Positions 39,814 to 52,055 of a stretch of DNA of 64,000 bases are shown one piece after another. Positions within the stretch are counted from its first letter, which is position 1, and each line of letters opens with the position of its first letter. The stretch is from assembly GCF_006345805.1 (NCBI RefSeq), contig NC_043002.1, positions 76,756,001 through 76,820,000 on the forward strand, given 5' to 3'. Both the position numbers and the translations under genes were made by a program. The stretch is from Octopus sinensis (lineage: Eukaryota). The notes beneath the pieces were generated by a model, which worked only from the letters and a program-made list of their open reading frames with translations, was not told where the DNA came from and ran no database searches.

Positions 39814-40132
39814 GTGAAGGTATGTGGCTTAGTGGTTAGGGTATTTGGCTCATGATTGATGTTGTGAGTTCAATTCCTGGCAGCACATTGTGTCCTTGAG
39901 AAAGATACTTTATTTCACATTGCTACAGTCCATCCAGCTGGCAAAAATGAGTTGTACCTGTATTTCAAAGGACAAGCCTTGTCATATTCTGAGTCATGCT
40001 GATTCTCCCTGAGAAATATAAAAAGGGTACACACGTGGAGTGCTTAATCACTTGCACATTAATTTCATGGGCAGGCTGTTCCATTGATCAGATCAACTGA
40101 AACCCTTATTATCACAGCTGATAGAGTGCCAA
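39814..40132 (+). mobile_element. SINE family D
   Basis: gtggcttagtggttagggtatttggctc head, B-box-like gagttcaattcc, gtgtccttgag core. Confidence 0.7.
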
Positions 40133-40667
40133 TATTAACAACCATTTCTATGTGTGATAGATGGGAGAATCAGTAGACCACAGGTTGCAAATCTTGCTGA
40201 GGTCAGCTTTGCTTTTATTTTTTTTATCTTATGGTCAACAAAATGTAGTACCAGTCAAGTATTGGGGTAAATATAATCAACTCTACTTTGCTCTTTAAAA
40301 ATATGTATCCCTCTGTTTGTAGTAGAAATTCAAATTGAGTTGCTTGTTCAGATATCTCTAGAGTTGACTTTCCTTTTATCTTTTCATAGTTGATAAAATA
40401 AACATCAGTTAATATTGTCTCTTGAAAGTTGTGTCTTGCGTCAGGGTCAGAAATCACTGTCCATCACTCCTGATATGTTGGTCTTACCAATATATTTTGG
40501 ATTGTCCGTATTCAGTCCACAGCAGAATAAAGGCCTCAGCATATTTTCTCCACAAAAATATTGCTTGAGATCATACTGGTTTGATGAGCCTACTCTACTA
40601 CACTAGCTCAACATGGCTTGGCAGAGGGATGTTGTTCTTCATTTTTAAACTCATACCCAATAGTAAT

Positions 40668-40838
40668 TAAGTCAATTACATCAATCCCAGTGCTTAACTG
40701 GCACTTTTTTTTTATCAATCCTGAAAAAATGAAAGGCAAAGTCAACCTTGGCAGAATTTGATCTCAGAACATAAAAATGGATGAAATACCACAAAGAATT
40801 TCGTCCGTGAGCTAAAAATTCTACCAGCTCACTACCTT
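40668..40838 (-). mobile_element. SINE family B
   Basis: gaaaggcaaagtcaaccttggcagaatttga body. Confidence 0.7.
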
Positions 40839-41062
40839 CATCAATTTCTTTAACCCCTTCTAAAAATGAACAACATGACCAAGACACTATAAGGTCTCAC
40901 TGAGAGCTAGGTATCCCAATTATTAGGGATCTCTTTTAGAGAATAATGTGTATCCTCAGTGTAACCATAAAGGCATCACAAAGATTAACTTTCACTTCAG
41001 AGTTGGAAAATACTTTAGTCCCTAAGAGCAACTAACACTTTACAAAGCTCTGGTAAAATCTT

Positions 41063-41257
41063 GGGAGAATCATTAGCATGGTGGGCAAAATGCTTAGGGG
41101 CAATTTATCCATTCTGTGTTCAAATTCTGCCTAGGTTGATTTTACTTTTCATCCTTTTGGGATCGATGAAATAAGTACCAGTTAAGTCCTGGGGTCAATG
41201 TAATTGACCCACCCCTTCCCCAAAATTGCTGGCATTGTGCCAAAATTTGAAACCATT
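41063..41257 (+). mobile_element. SINE family B, inverted relative to 40668
   Basis: gttcaaattctgcctaggttgattttacttttcatccttttggg body. Confidence 0.7.
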
Positions 41258-41514
41258 GTTTCCATATCTTGGATGGTGCTGCTACTATATCCATATACAT
41301 CCTCAACTACATTCCAAGAAAGGGTATATGAAATTTCTTACCATAGATATGCTGTCCCTTTTCTTTCTTCTTTTAGTACAATTACAGCAGTAGCTTTGGA
41401 TGGTCTCATGCCACCTCTACTTGGGAGAACTCAAATCATTCATTATTCCTATTGTACCCACTTTCCCCATCTCTTGCATTAGCCACTACACCAAGCCTTC
41501 TCCAGAATGGTAAC

Positions 41515-43569
41515 TGTTGTGGAAAGATTCTGACCATCCTTAAGTGACTAAAGGTGGACTGACTCATTGTTATAAAATAAAGAACTGTGAGCGATTGGGC
41601 AGTTTGGTTGGTAAGCAGTTCACTGTAAGCCATGGTTGAGAGCGTCTCATGCAATAGTAATCACATTGCATTGTGTAAATACTTTCTTTCCCTCCTGCTT
41701 CATTAGATTATATATCCAACATAAAAGGATATAAAAGTGGTGATGAATATTTCAAAGCTTGCAATGGACATTAAAATTTATTTTTTTGTATGAAACCAAA
41801 GGAAAAATTTTAACCTGGAGAACTTATTGGCCTCCATGGTGCAGTTGCAACAGCAACAGCAGTAACAGAAGCAGCAACTACAACAGCAACAATAACAAAA
41901 CTAACAGATGCTGGAATTAATGTTGAAGAAGTCTAAGAAGTCCGCATATTTTCAAAGACATGAAGAATTATTCAAAGAGTGTAAAAGTTGGTCCAATGAG
42001 AAAAAAGTATAATTACTTTTAAGAAAGTTATCCCCCACTGAAAAAAGCCAGGTGAGATTTGTTTCAATGAAACAATTAATTTTTTATCGAAAATTTTCAG
42101 TGAAAGAAGTTCTCTGTTCAATACTCACTGGCAATGTTTAAACTTGGTAAAAAAAGTTGATGAAGATTTCGTCACCTATGCCAAACTGGTTAACAGAGAG
42201 TGTGATAAATTCAAACTGAATGAGGTGATTTGGACATGTTCAAGTGTTTAATTTTTGTTCAAGGGTTTACTGCAATCAAAGATGCAGATATACATTCCTG
42301 GATGTTAACAAAACTAGAAAAGGACCAAACTTTAACTCTGCAGGCAGTAGCAGAGGAATGTCAGAGGATTATTAATCAAATACAGGATGTAAATAAAACT
42401 GAAAAGAAAAATTGTTCTCATGTTTAAGCATGTCAACCACTATCAGATAAGAAACAAATGTCAAGACTGAATCCATGTTATGGTGCAGTGGTCTACATTT
42501 TAAAAATAACTGTCTGTTAAAAATATAAAATACTTCTAGTAAGGTAAAATAGGGTATAAAAATAAATGGGATATCAGTGACAAAAAATGGGTTATCGGTG
42601 ACAAAAAATGCAAACAAGACTCAAAGGAAATTTGTATATGTAAAAATTAGTAACACAAACGTAAAGTTACAATTGGATACAGGTAGCAATACCACGATAA
42701 TTAATGCAGATGCATGGAAAACAATTGGGAGACCTAGATTAATTGAAACTTTGAAAATTGACCATGGTGTTTCAGGAAAAAGATTATTTTCTAAGGGTGA
42801 ATTGCTAAGTGACATTACATTTCATGACAAAGCCTTAAAAGTAAAACAAACTTATTCAGAACTGACTGGATCGAATTATTTAATTTATGGAACTTCCCCA
42901 TAAATCTTTTCTGTAAAAATGTGAATAGTTTTTCCACCAGCTGTCAAACAAATTGAAAAAAAAAATTGTGTTTTTCTCAAGTTTTGTCTGATGAATTATG
43001 TCTGTGCACCAAAACAAAGGTGAGGTTCGAAATAAAAGAAAACACCATGCTAACATTTAAATAAAAACTAACTGTACTATATATAGCATTAGAACAGATA
43101 AACTTAGAGTTTGAGAGATTAGAAAAAATTGGAAGAATAATATTCTGGTAAAAGGAAAAAATGTTGAACATAAAAGACATGTCAACCAGCTTAAGAAAAG
43201 ATTCATGGAAAAATATCCTCATGGAAGTATTGTATGACATGTTTGAGGTACCAACACCCAAACAATTTGAAACTACACATTCTAGCACCAGAAAACAGAA
43301 AATAATGGAAACACTGGAATTGAACCCTAAGTGTAAGAGCTATTACAACTTGGGGTGGAGTTCAGTTCTCAAGTAATTAAAGGTGGACTGACTCATTGTT
43401 ATAAGATGAAGAACTGTGAGTGATTGGCAATTCAGTTGGTAAGAAGTTCACTGTGAGCTGTGGTTGAAAGCTTTGAGTTTTGTGTAATAGTAATTGTATT
43501 GTGTCATGTAAATACTTTCTTTCTCCACTGCTTCATTAGATTATATATCCAACATACAAGGATATAAAA
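41515..43569 (+). mobile_element. internally deleted Ty3/gypsy LTR retrotransposon
   Basis: Direct repeats 41549-41736 and 43378-43569 (roughly 80% identical by eye); PBS-like gtggtgatga after the 5' LTR; gag-like CLIFVQG...LTLQAVAEEC, protease LQLDTGS, then a jump to an integrase-tail-like KRHVNQLR; purine-rich ggggtggag before the 3' LTR. Confidence 0.82.
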
Positions 43570-44448
43570 GTAATTCTCTGAAATTCATTTCTCTGTGCAT
43601 GTTTTTCCTGCAGATATCAACTTGGAACTTTTAAAGAAGAATGTTAATAATGATCCCATCAGTCTTGGAGAGCCTGCAAAGGCAGTAGCAGTGGCAGCCA
43701 CTGACAACAACAACAATTATTTCTAGAATAGGGATAAGTCTTGAAATTTGTAGGACAGCCATCAGTTGATAATATAAATTCCAGTACTTGACTTGTAAAG
43801 TTGACCTTAGTATAATACGAAGAATACAACACTAAGTGTGCATAAAACAGGTATGTTATTTTAAAATATTTCATCTTTTGAGTAAATATTTTTTAATGAC
43901 TATTATTATCCTATAGGGAATTTCAATTTCTCAACTATTGATTTAAATATTACTGTCTCTTTTTATTCGCTGTTAAAAACAAAAATGATTTATCAGCTTT
44001 CTTTTTATAATTATGTTTCAAAAAATGTTTCACTTAAGGAATTATTCCTCACAAACAATTTTTATTATTGCTTTTCTTTACTTAAGTATCTGAAATAGAG
44101 AGAAATTTCAGGCAAACTGGGGCTTTGACCAGGTTTTTATGGATTATTGGCATTTTCATTTCAATTGTGATGCTAATAACCACAGGAAATACTTTCTATG
44201 GATACCACAACTTCCTTCAGGCCCTCAGATTTGAGCTTTGACAAGAAACAAATAAAATTCCTCTATTTGCCAGCTGTCCAACCCATGTCAGCATGGAAAA
44301 TGAATGTTAAATGATGATATATACATATATATATTATCCAACCAATGCTTGTAAGGAACATGGGCACTAAATGAAGAAAATGATATATATACATATATAT
44401 TATGTGTGTATGCATGTGTATGTATATGTGTGTCTATGAATGTATGCA

Positions 44449-44502
<54 letters not shown>

Positions 44503-45800
44503 TGTATGTTTCTATGTATGCACACACGCATACATACACATACACAGACAAACAGACAGGCCTTCATTCTTAGTTATATAACAAAGAACTCCTACATGAT
44601 ATAGTGGAGAGTATATACATTTTTATCTGAATGTTATCTCTGCAGTTGGATATATATATATATACACATATGCGTGCATGTGCATGTGTGTATAAATTTT
44701 AAATCTACTTTTCAGCAAATTATTAAGTTAAATGGATTTTAGAAAAAGGCTTGAAAATCTCAATAATTTCATTTTACCAAATTAAGTTATATTCGATTAC
44801 ACTAGCAAGAAAAAATTTCAGTTCTTTCTTCTTTTTGTAAGCAGATTTTTTTTTCTGGAATTTTCCAATGGATTTGATTTGTAACGTCACATCCGGTTTA
44901 TTTGAAATGTTTCTCTGTCCAACTGTTTACTTGTTGTTTCAGATAGCTTTTTCCAATTTATTTCGTTACTTCTAGATGGAAGCTACTATTATTTAACTCG
45001 ATACAATGTGGGATTGATATTGAATAGAACAAACGACCAATATCCACAACGCAAGAAATATGATTGTTCAGAGAGAAAGGATTAAAAAAACAACAAAAAG
45101 AAACAAATATATATATAAAAAAAAACCCAGTTCACCAAAGAGAACTGAACAGAATGGCAAAGCATGCACAATGGAAAACAACATCCAATCTTTTTTACAT
45201 TCTGTCAAAAAAAGATAAAGAAAAAATATGGCCATTTTTTTTCAGAATTCTAATGAAATATTATTATGGTAATAGTTTTCAGATTGGTAGAATTGCCAGA
45301 ACATCAGACAAAACTGCCTCACAGTATTTCGATACAGCCCTTTCTGTTCGAAGTTCAAGTCTGCCAAGGTCAATTGTGCCTTTCATCGTTCTAGGATAGT
45401 TAAAAATAAAGTAGCAGTCGAGTACTGAGGCGGATTTAATCACCTATGCCCTCCCCCGTTAAACTTGTGACCTTGCCTCAATGTAAAAAAAAATCAATAC
45501 TTTCTTCAGAGCACAAAATAAAATCCCACCAGAGTCAAGATTTTGCCTTTCTTCCTTATGATATCTATTGAGTAAAGTACCCATCAAGTACTGACATAAG
45601 TACTATATACTTTGCCCGCAAACTGAGCCTGTATGTCTATGTTAGAAACCCAAACTTACAGATGTTTTTAGACATGTTTTGTTGTAACACTGCTTCAGTA
45701 ATGAGTAACTTCTCTCAGCATACCATTTTCAGTGATTTCATCAAACAAGGTTTGGATGTAACTGGCTTTCCATTGCAACTACAGCCAACATAAATTAGAC

Positions 45801-46468
45801 CAGTGGTTCTCAATCACTTTTTGCCTATGGACCCCTTTCATTTCTATTTTAACTATACTGGAACTCCATAGCCAGTCGTTTTTTTTTAAAAAATCCTATC
45901 GTATTTTTATAAGTAAATATCATTAGAAATTGTACAAAAAAATTGTTAAAAATATTTACTCTTTTACTCTTTTACTTGTTTCAGCCATTTGACTGTGGCC
46001 ATGCTGGAGCACCGCCTTTAGTCGAGAAAATCGACCCCAGGACTTATTCTTTATAAGCCTAGTACTTATTCTATCAGTCTCTTTTGCCAAACTGCTAAGT
46101 TACAGGGACATAAACACACCAGCATCGGTTGTCAAGCAATGTTGGGTGGGGGACAAATACAGACACACAAACATACACACACACACACACACACACATAT
46201 GTATATATACGACGGGCTTCTTTTCAGTTTCCATCTACCAAATCCACTCACAAAGCTTTGGTCGGCCCAAGGCTATAATAGAAGACACTTGTCCCCAGTG
46301 GGACTGAACCCGGAACCATGTGGTTGGTATGCAAGCTACTTACCACACAGCCACTCCTATGCCTACAGTGTATTGGAGAAGTATAACCAATTTATTGCAC
46401 ATAGATTTTAATAACAAAATGTAATGTGGACTTCCAAGGGCCATATGGACCCCAGTTGAGAATTGCTG
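45801..46468. mobile_element. hAT (Charlie-like) MITE
   Basis: TIRs CAGTGGTTCTCAA and TTGAGAATTGCTG; 8-bp TSD aattagac (45793-45800) and gattagac (46469-46476). Confidence 0.78.
45957..46365 (-). mobile_element. young SINE family A nested in the hAT MITE
   Basis: Full-length reverse complement of family A. Confidence 0.88.
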
Positions 46469-47772
46469 GATTAGACCAAGAAGATCGTAAAAGACCAGAT
46501 GGCATCACAATCTTCTCATTCCAAAGCAGTAAGTCTCTGATCTGGGAACTAACCTGCAGGTTTCAGTGGTAATCTGGTGGTATCAGCATCAGAGCCAGGA
46601 TGAGTGTTGTAAATTGACAAAATATCAGTTGCTTCTAGATAGGCCCCTTTCCAAACTTACAGCAGTGGAAACATCTGGATACCTGAACCATTTTCCGACT
46701 CAATCTGATTGAGGTAGAGATAGCCATTTAATGGAATGATCCCCATAAATTGGAATGGTTCTTTCAGTGCATCTCTTTTTACTATTCTATGTTCATCTTA
46801 ATCATGTTGTCTGCCAGAACAATGAAACTTTTGCATGACTCATTGTCATGAAAAGAAAGAAAAAAAAAGAAAAGAAAAAAAGAAAGAGCTTGAATTTGTA
46901 AAATTTTGTAATTTTATTCTATCAAAAATATTTTTATTACGAGCAAAAGGAAAAAAATGGTTTTCAGTTAAGAATATATATAGATTTATACTGACAGTTG
47001 CCTGAAGTTCAAGAGTTATTGCAAGAGTTTATATAATGGTTTACCTATTTCTTTATAAAATCTTTATAAACCTTAATCTCATTTCAAGTAACCACAGTAT
47101 AAATAAGACAGTGATAGGACAATTGCAGTTTCTGTGTAACTGGTGGTATTTAAAAATTTATCATATCATAATCTATAATCTAATCCTGGGGATAAAAGGC
47201 AAAAAGAGACAAGATGAAATTTAATTCCTGTCAAATATAATATCATGGAGTACTCTTTCAGACAGACCGACCAACTATGTATTCTTTAACTTAGTATCAC
47301 GAGATGGAAAAGAGTTAGTGTGGACATAGTTCCCAGTCTTCTGGTAAAAAGTAAATAAACATAGAAATGTATTTGAATAAATTATTAGAATTGGGAGATC
47401 TGATGTATTGATTTTTGGATTACAAATAATATGGTGTTGAATGTAAGACTTTCAAGAAATTGCAAAGATAACAATAATGATAAATTATGTTAATTTTTCT
47501 TTTATTTCTTACATCTCAACAGAAAATAGGCCTCTTCTATAATTCAATAGTTTTTTTAATTAGTTCACAGCATGTAATTTGTGAGTACAGCTAAAAAAAA
47601 AAATAATAAAACATTAATACAGTGAAAAGAAAGAAAAAGTTGGATGTGCATAATGTGCTAAAAGAATATAAGAACATATTTTCTAGTTTTGCAAGGTCAA
47701 TCAAACAGTTTATGTTGTAGAAGGCCTTTGTACATATTTTCTTGTTCATATGGTAGATAATGCCCTGCAGTA

Positions 47773-47869
<97 letters not shown>

Positions 47870-49220
47870 AAACAGATAATATATGCCAGGCTGTAAAAAA
47901 GCAGCATTAAATTAAAATTTCCAGCTGTATATCATACTAAATGTAGATACACTGCTAAAAGGAACAATGCTGTTGTTTTATCTGACAAGAACTTGCTGCA
48001 TAGACACATTATGTTAAAAACACAATGTATATTGGAGCAAGAAAAACATTGCCACAACAGTGATCCACAAAAATGACAGATACCTACTTGGAGCTTGTCA
48101 GTGCTGTACATTTGCTTGTCCCTTGGTTAGACAAAATCCATGCTCTGATATAAAGAAAACAGTGAATAGTATATTCACTGGTATTACAGAAAGTTTGTCA
48201 GGTTCATTTTAATGCAAAATGTCCATGAAGAGATTTTCTCTCAAACAAAAACCACAGCATCATGCCTTTCAGCCTTCCAGTGTTGTATATAGATCTAGTA
48301 TGATGCACAAATGATAAGATAACATATGTGCTTTTAAACTGATAGAAAATAACAATTAATATATGTAGTTTCTCATTCACATTAACACATTTTGAGTTTT
48401 AAGTTGATTCTCTTCCATTGAAGCTAGACCAAGTGCTAATGGCTAGCTAACAGCTACAAGAACAAGCTACATAAAATTGTTGGCTCATGTTTACTGATTG
48501 CAAATTAGAAGTGACAAGAAGAGAAAGAATTTTTATCATTGTTTAAAAAGACAAAAAAATAGTTGCCAAATTACAGGTCTTTAATTGGACCAATTAAGAC
48601 ATGTGACAAAAAAGTGAAACACTAAAATGTCATCTCAAAGGATTTTGCTTCAAATGTATCCTTAAAAAAATGTTTTGTACATAAGTGAAATGCCTCTGTT
48701 TTATAGTGAGAAATGAATGTGTGCTGTTCATCTTTCTTTCAGTGAAATTTATGAAGTAATTAAAGTTAGATGGTTAAGACAAGAAACTGAAACCAGATCA
48801 CAGAGTCAAATCTCCAGCAACTTACTTCATTTGTTTAACACTCATTAATATACATTTATTGAATCATAAAGTAAAATTATCATATGGCTTGATACAATCA
48901 TCTTATCTCAAATTTCATTTGAATTAAATAAAGGAGCTATGTATAAATTAATTCATCTATTTAAAATTATCTTTTACCTAATTTTTAAAAAGAAATTTTA
49001 AAATGATTTTTGTTTTGAAATGATATGATTTTCAAATAAATATAAATTTATATATATATATATATAAAATAAATATAAGAGAGTGGTCACTATATGGCTC
49101 ACTCTAGCACCAGTTAATCCAATAGGTTTCAACCACAAAAATACATGTTTCCCATGAAAGTCAGTACGATTGTTAGCTCACACGGACAGGGCAAATAAAA
49201 AATAACAAAAATACAGATTA

Positions 49221-49302
49221 TTTTGGGACAATTGTTTCGCTATTAATGAATTAAATGTAATTTTACTTACAAAAAAATCCACTTGTAGCTCCTCAGCCAA
49301 AA
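49221..49302 (-). ncRNA. type I hammerhead ribozyme, canonical core
   Basis: Minus strand: TTTTGG-CTGAGGA-GCTA...TAGC-GAAAC-AATT-GTC-CCAAAA; 6-bp stem I, palindromic ACAATTGT stem III. Confidence 0.88.
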
Positions 49303-49755
49303 CTATCTGGATGAAATCCACTCAATCACACGCCAGATTTTATCATAACGATAAATACGCGTGTGGTTCAATTGATTACATCCGACGTTATAATTCAAAT
49401 GCCCCAACTAACAGCGCGCCAAATTTTCACGGAAAACAAATACAGCATTTAGAAATAAATGCAGCATAATTATAATTAATTAATAAGGGTGAGAGAATTA
49501 GATACTAATTTAATAGTATATCTATTCTACACCAAGTGGCCTAGTGCTCCGAGAAACCTGGATTATTATAATATTTTATAATATATTATAATATTTTTAC
49601 AAAATAAATATAAGAGAGTGGTCACTATATGGCTCACTCTAGCACCAGTTAATCCAATAGGTTTCAACCACAAAAATACATGTTTCCCATGAAAGTCAGT
49701 ACGATTGTTAGCTCACACGGACAGGGCAAATAAAAAATAACAAAAATACAGATTA

Positions 49756-49837
49756 TTTTGGGACAATTGTTTCGCTATTAATGAATTAAATGTAATTTTA
49801 CTTACAAAAAAATCCACTTGTAGCTCCTCAGCCAAAA
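49756..49837 (-). ncRNA. type I hammerhead ribozyme, identical tandem copy
   Basis: Same sequence as 49221-49302, shifted by 535 nt. Confidence 0.88.
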
Positions 49838-49940
49838 CTATCTGGATGAAATCCACTCAATCACACGCCAGATTTTATCATAACGATAAATACGCGTGTG
49901 GTTCAATTGATTACTATATATATATATATATATATATATA

Positions 49941-50296
49941 AAACGTGGCCGTTGCCAGCGCCGCCCCGACTGGCCTTGTGCCAGTGGCACGTAAAAAGCA
50001 CCATCTGATCGTGGTCATTGCCAGCCTCGCCTGGCCCCCTTTCTGGTGGCATGTAAAAAGCATTATCCAATCATGGCCGATTGCCAGCCTCGTCTGGCAC
50101 TTGTGCCGGTGGCACGTAAAAAGCACCCACTACACTCACGGAGTGGTTGGCGTTTGGAAGGGCATCCAGCCGTAGAAACATTGCCAGATCAGACTGGGTC
50201 TGGTGCAGCCTTCTGGCTTCCCAGACCCCAGTTGAACCGTCCAACCCATGCCAGCATGGAAAGCGGACGCTAAACGATGATGATGATGATGATGAT
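49941..50296 (+). mobile_element. family C element inserted in (TA)n
   Basis: gtggcacgtaaaaagcacc repeats, ggaagggcatccagccgtagaaac, (GAT)n tail. Confidence 0.8.
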
Positions 50297-50819
50297 ATAT
50301 ATATATATACACACAGTCCTCATAATTTATGCCCGTTTTCCAAGCTGGCATTGGTTGGAGAGGATATCCTAGTCTGAGTTATCTATGCAGCATTACTGCC
50401 CTCATAAACAGTTGAGGGATCACTTCTTGTTCAGACATTTCATTTGACTTGGTTTCCACTACTGGATCCTCTTCTTAACACCAACCACTTTACAGACCAT
50501 ACTCTTACAGAGAGTATTTTATCATAGCATTAGTGCTGAGATGGCAGTGTTGGTGGTTGTGATGGTGATAGTGGTTGTGGTGTAACAAGTCTTCTCCACT
50601 CTCTCTTGCCTCAGTTTTTCACTAATCACTTTTCAGAGTGAATTTTATTGTGGCACCAGTATTAAAGTGATTGCTTTGTGCCTGTAGGACTGAAGATTCT
50701 TTACTTTCCATGTGGTTTCCATTTGCCCAAGGTAGACATGGCTGAGAAGGTGAATGAAAGAAAGCATATGAGTTGGAATGTGATAGTTAGTCACTTCTTG
50801 TGAGCCTTCTGAGAATTTG

Positions 50820-51500
50820 AAGAATTTATTTCCTATGTGTTCTTACTGATAGCTGCTTCTGTTTATCTGCCACATACAAAATCTATTTTCTCTGCCAGCC
50901 TATCTCTGATTCAACCATGTATCTTATGCATCCATAGTTTTCACTGGAAACACTCTCAACTCTTTTTCTGCATATCAAGTACATCCACTTCTCTGATAAT
51001 ATCTAGGGCTTGTGTTCTCTCCTACTTTACTAAAGCTTTAATCTCTGTTATGATTACATTGAGACCTCTCAATTCTATGTTTTATTTACATATCTGAAAT
51101 TTCTTTTCTAAATCTGCAGGTTGTCAAAAGAGCTAGGTAGTCACATACAAGAAATTCAAGTCAACTTGGTCTTAAACCACTTTGTTAGAGCCTGCAGGGC
51201 TACAATAAATTGGAGGGAGCTGAAGACTGAACCCTGATGGAGTCATATCTGCATGTTAAATTCCTTGTTCTGAACCCATTGCTAATGCTCACATTGCTGA
51301 TGGTATCTCTATACTTGTATGATCTTATTACAGAACTCACTGTGAAAGTCCTTTCCCAGGATAAATGCTTGATATAGGAGCTTACTCACTAGAAATGTGA
51401 CATCAGTGGTAATTCTTGACACAAAAATCAAACTGCATCTAATGTACACTATGACTCTTCCCATCAATTTCATTACATGGGCCATCAATTTGATACCATA
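50820..51500 (-). mobile_element. very old RTE fragments
   Basis: Minus strand gives WMHK...DFVCGR and QFDF...TTDVTFLVSKLL, homologous to the 33978 copy. Confidence 0.55.
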
Positions 51501-51837
51501 GTTCATACTTCTTCCCACTGGATTTTATTTGTTCATACAACAGTTAATAAGGTTACTAATGTTTAATTATGATATCTTCTTGTATTATCTAGTTGACTAT
51601 ACAAGTGGTAGCATAGCTAGGGAGAGAAGGGTAGGCTGCACTGTGTGATGTTTTTATAGAGTAGCACTATTGGGTTTACATTATAAGCCAGTTTAGTGGG
51701 TGGCAAACCCAAAGGCCATCCTGGATGGTACACATTCTAGCTATGCCACTATAAACTCATCAGCTATTCCACATGGTCCAGCTGCTTTCCTGACATTTAA
51801 ATCTTCAGCTACTCTGGAGATTGTATGGCTGGCAATA

Positions 51838-52055
51838 TTGGTTCAAATTTTGGCACAAGGCTAGTAATTTCAGGAGAGGGGTTAAGTCGATTCCATCGAC
51901 TCCAGTGCTCAACTGGTACTTAATTTATCAGCTCTGAAAAGATGAAAGGCAAAGCAGACCTTGGTGGAATTTGAATTCAGAAGGTAAGGATGGCCAAAAT
52001 TCCACTAAGCATTTTTCCTGGTGTGCTAATGATTCTGCCAGCTTGCTGACTTAAA
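51838..52055 (-). mobile_element. SINE family B
   Basis: Body as above; further copies at ~54075-54255 and ~54575-54760. Confidence 0.7.

Larger units (their letters stand above)
45660..46800 (+). mobile_element. CRE-like (RLE endonuclease) LINE C-terminal remnant, interrupted
   Basis: HTIFSDFIKQGLDVTGFPLQLQP before 45800 continues after 46468 as GLDQEDRKRPDGITIFSFQSSKSLIWELTC, then AVETSG and EWFFQCISF, matching the CRE motif series. Confidence 0.6.
49066..49914 (-). mobile_element. retrozyme-like / Penelope pLTR element: two 314-bp direct repeats, each with a hammerhead
   Basis: 49066-49379 and 49601-49914 appear identical (offset 535); (TA)n on both sides; no ORF of 60 aa or more. Confidence 0.8.

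Noticed and set aside
43614-43726. Possible + strand terminal exon DINLELLKKNVNNDPISLGEPAKAVAVAATDNNNNYF* after a good acceptor
   Set aside because: No recognisable homology and no upstream partner exons found; it sits right beside an LTR end.
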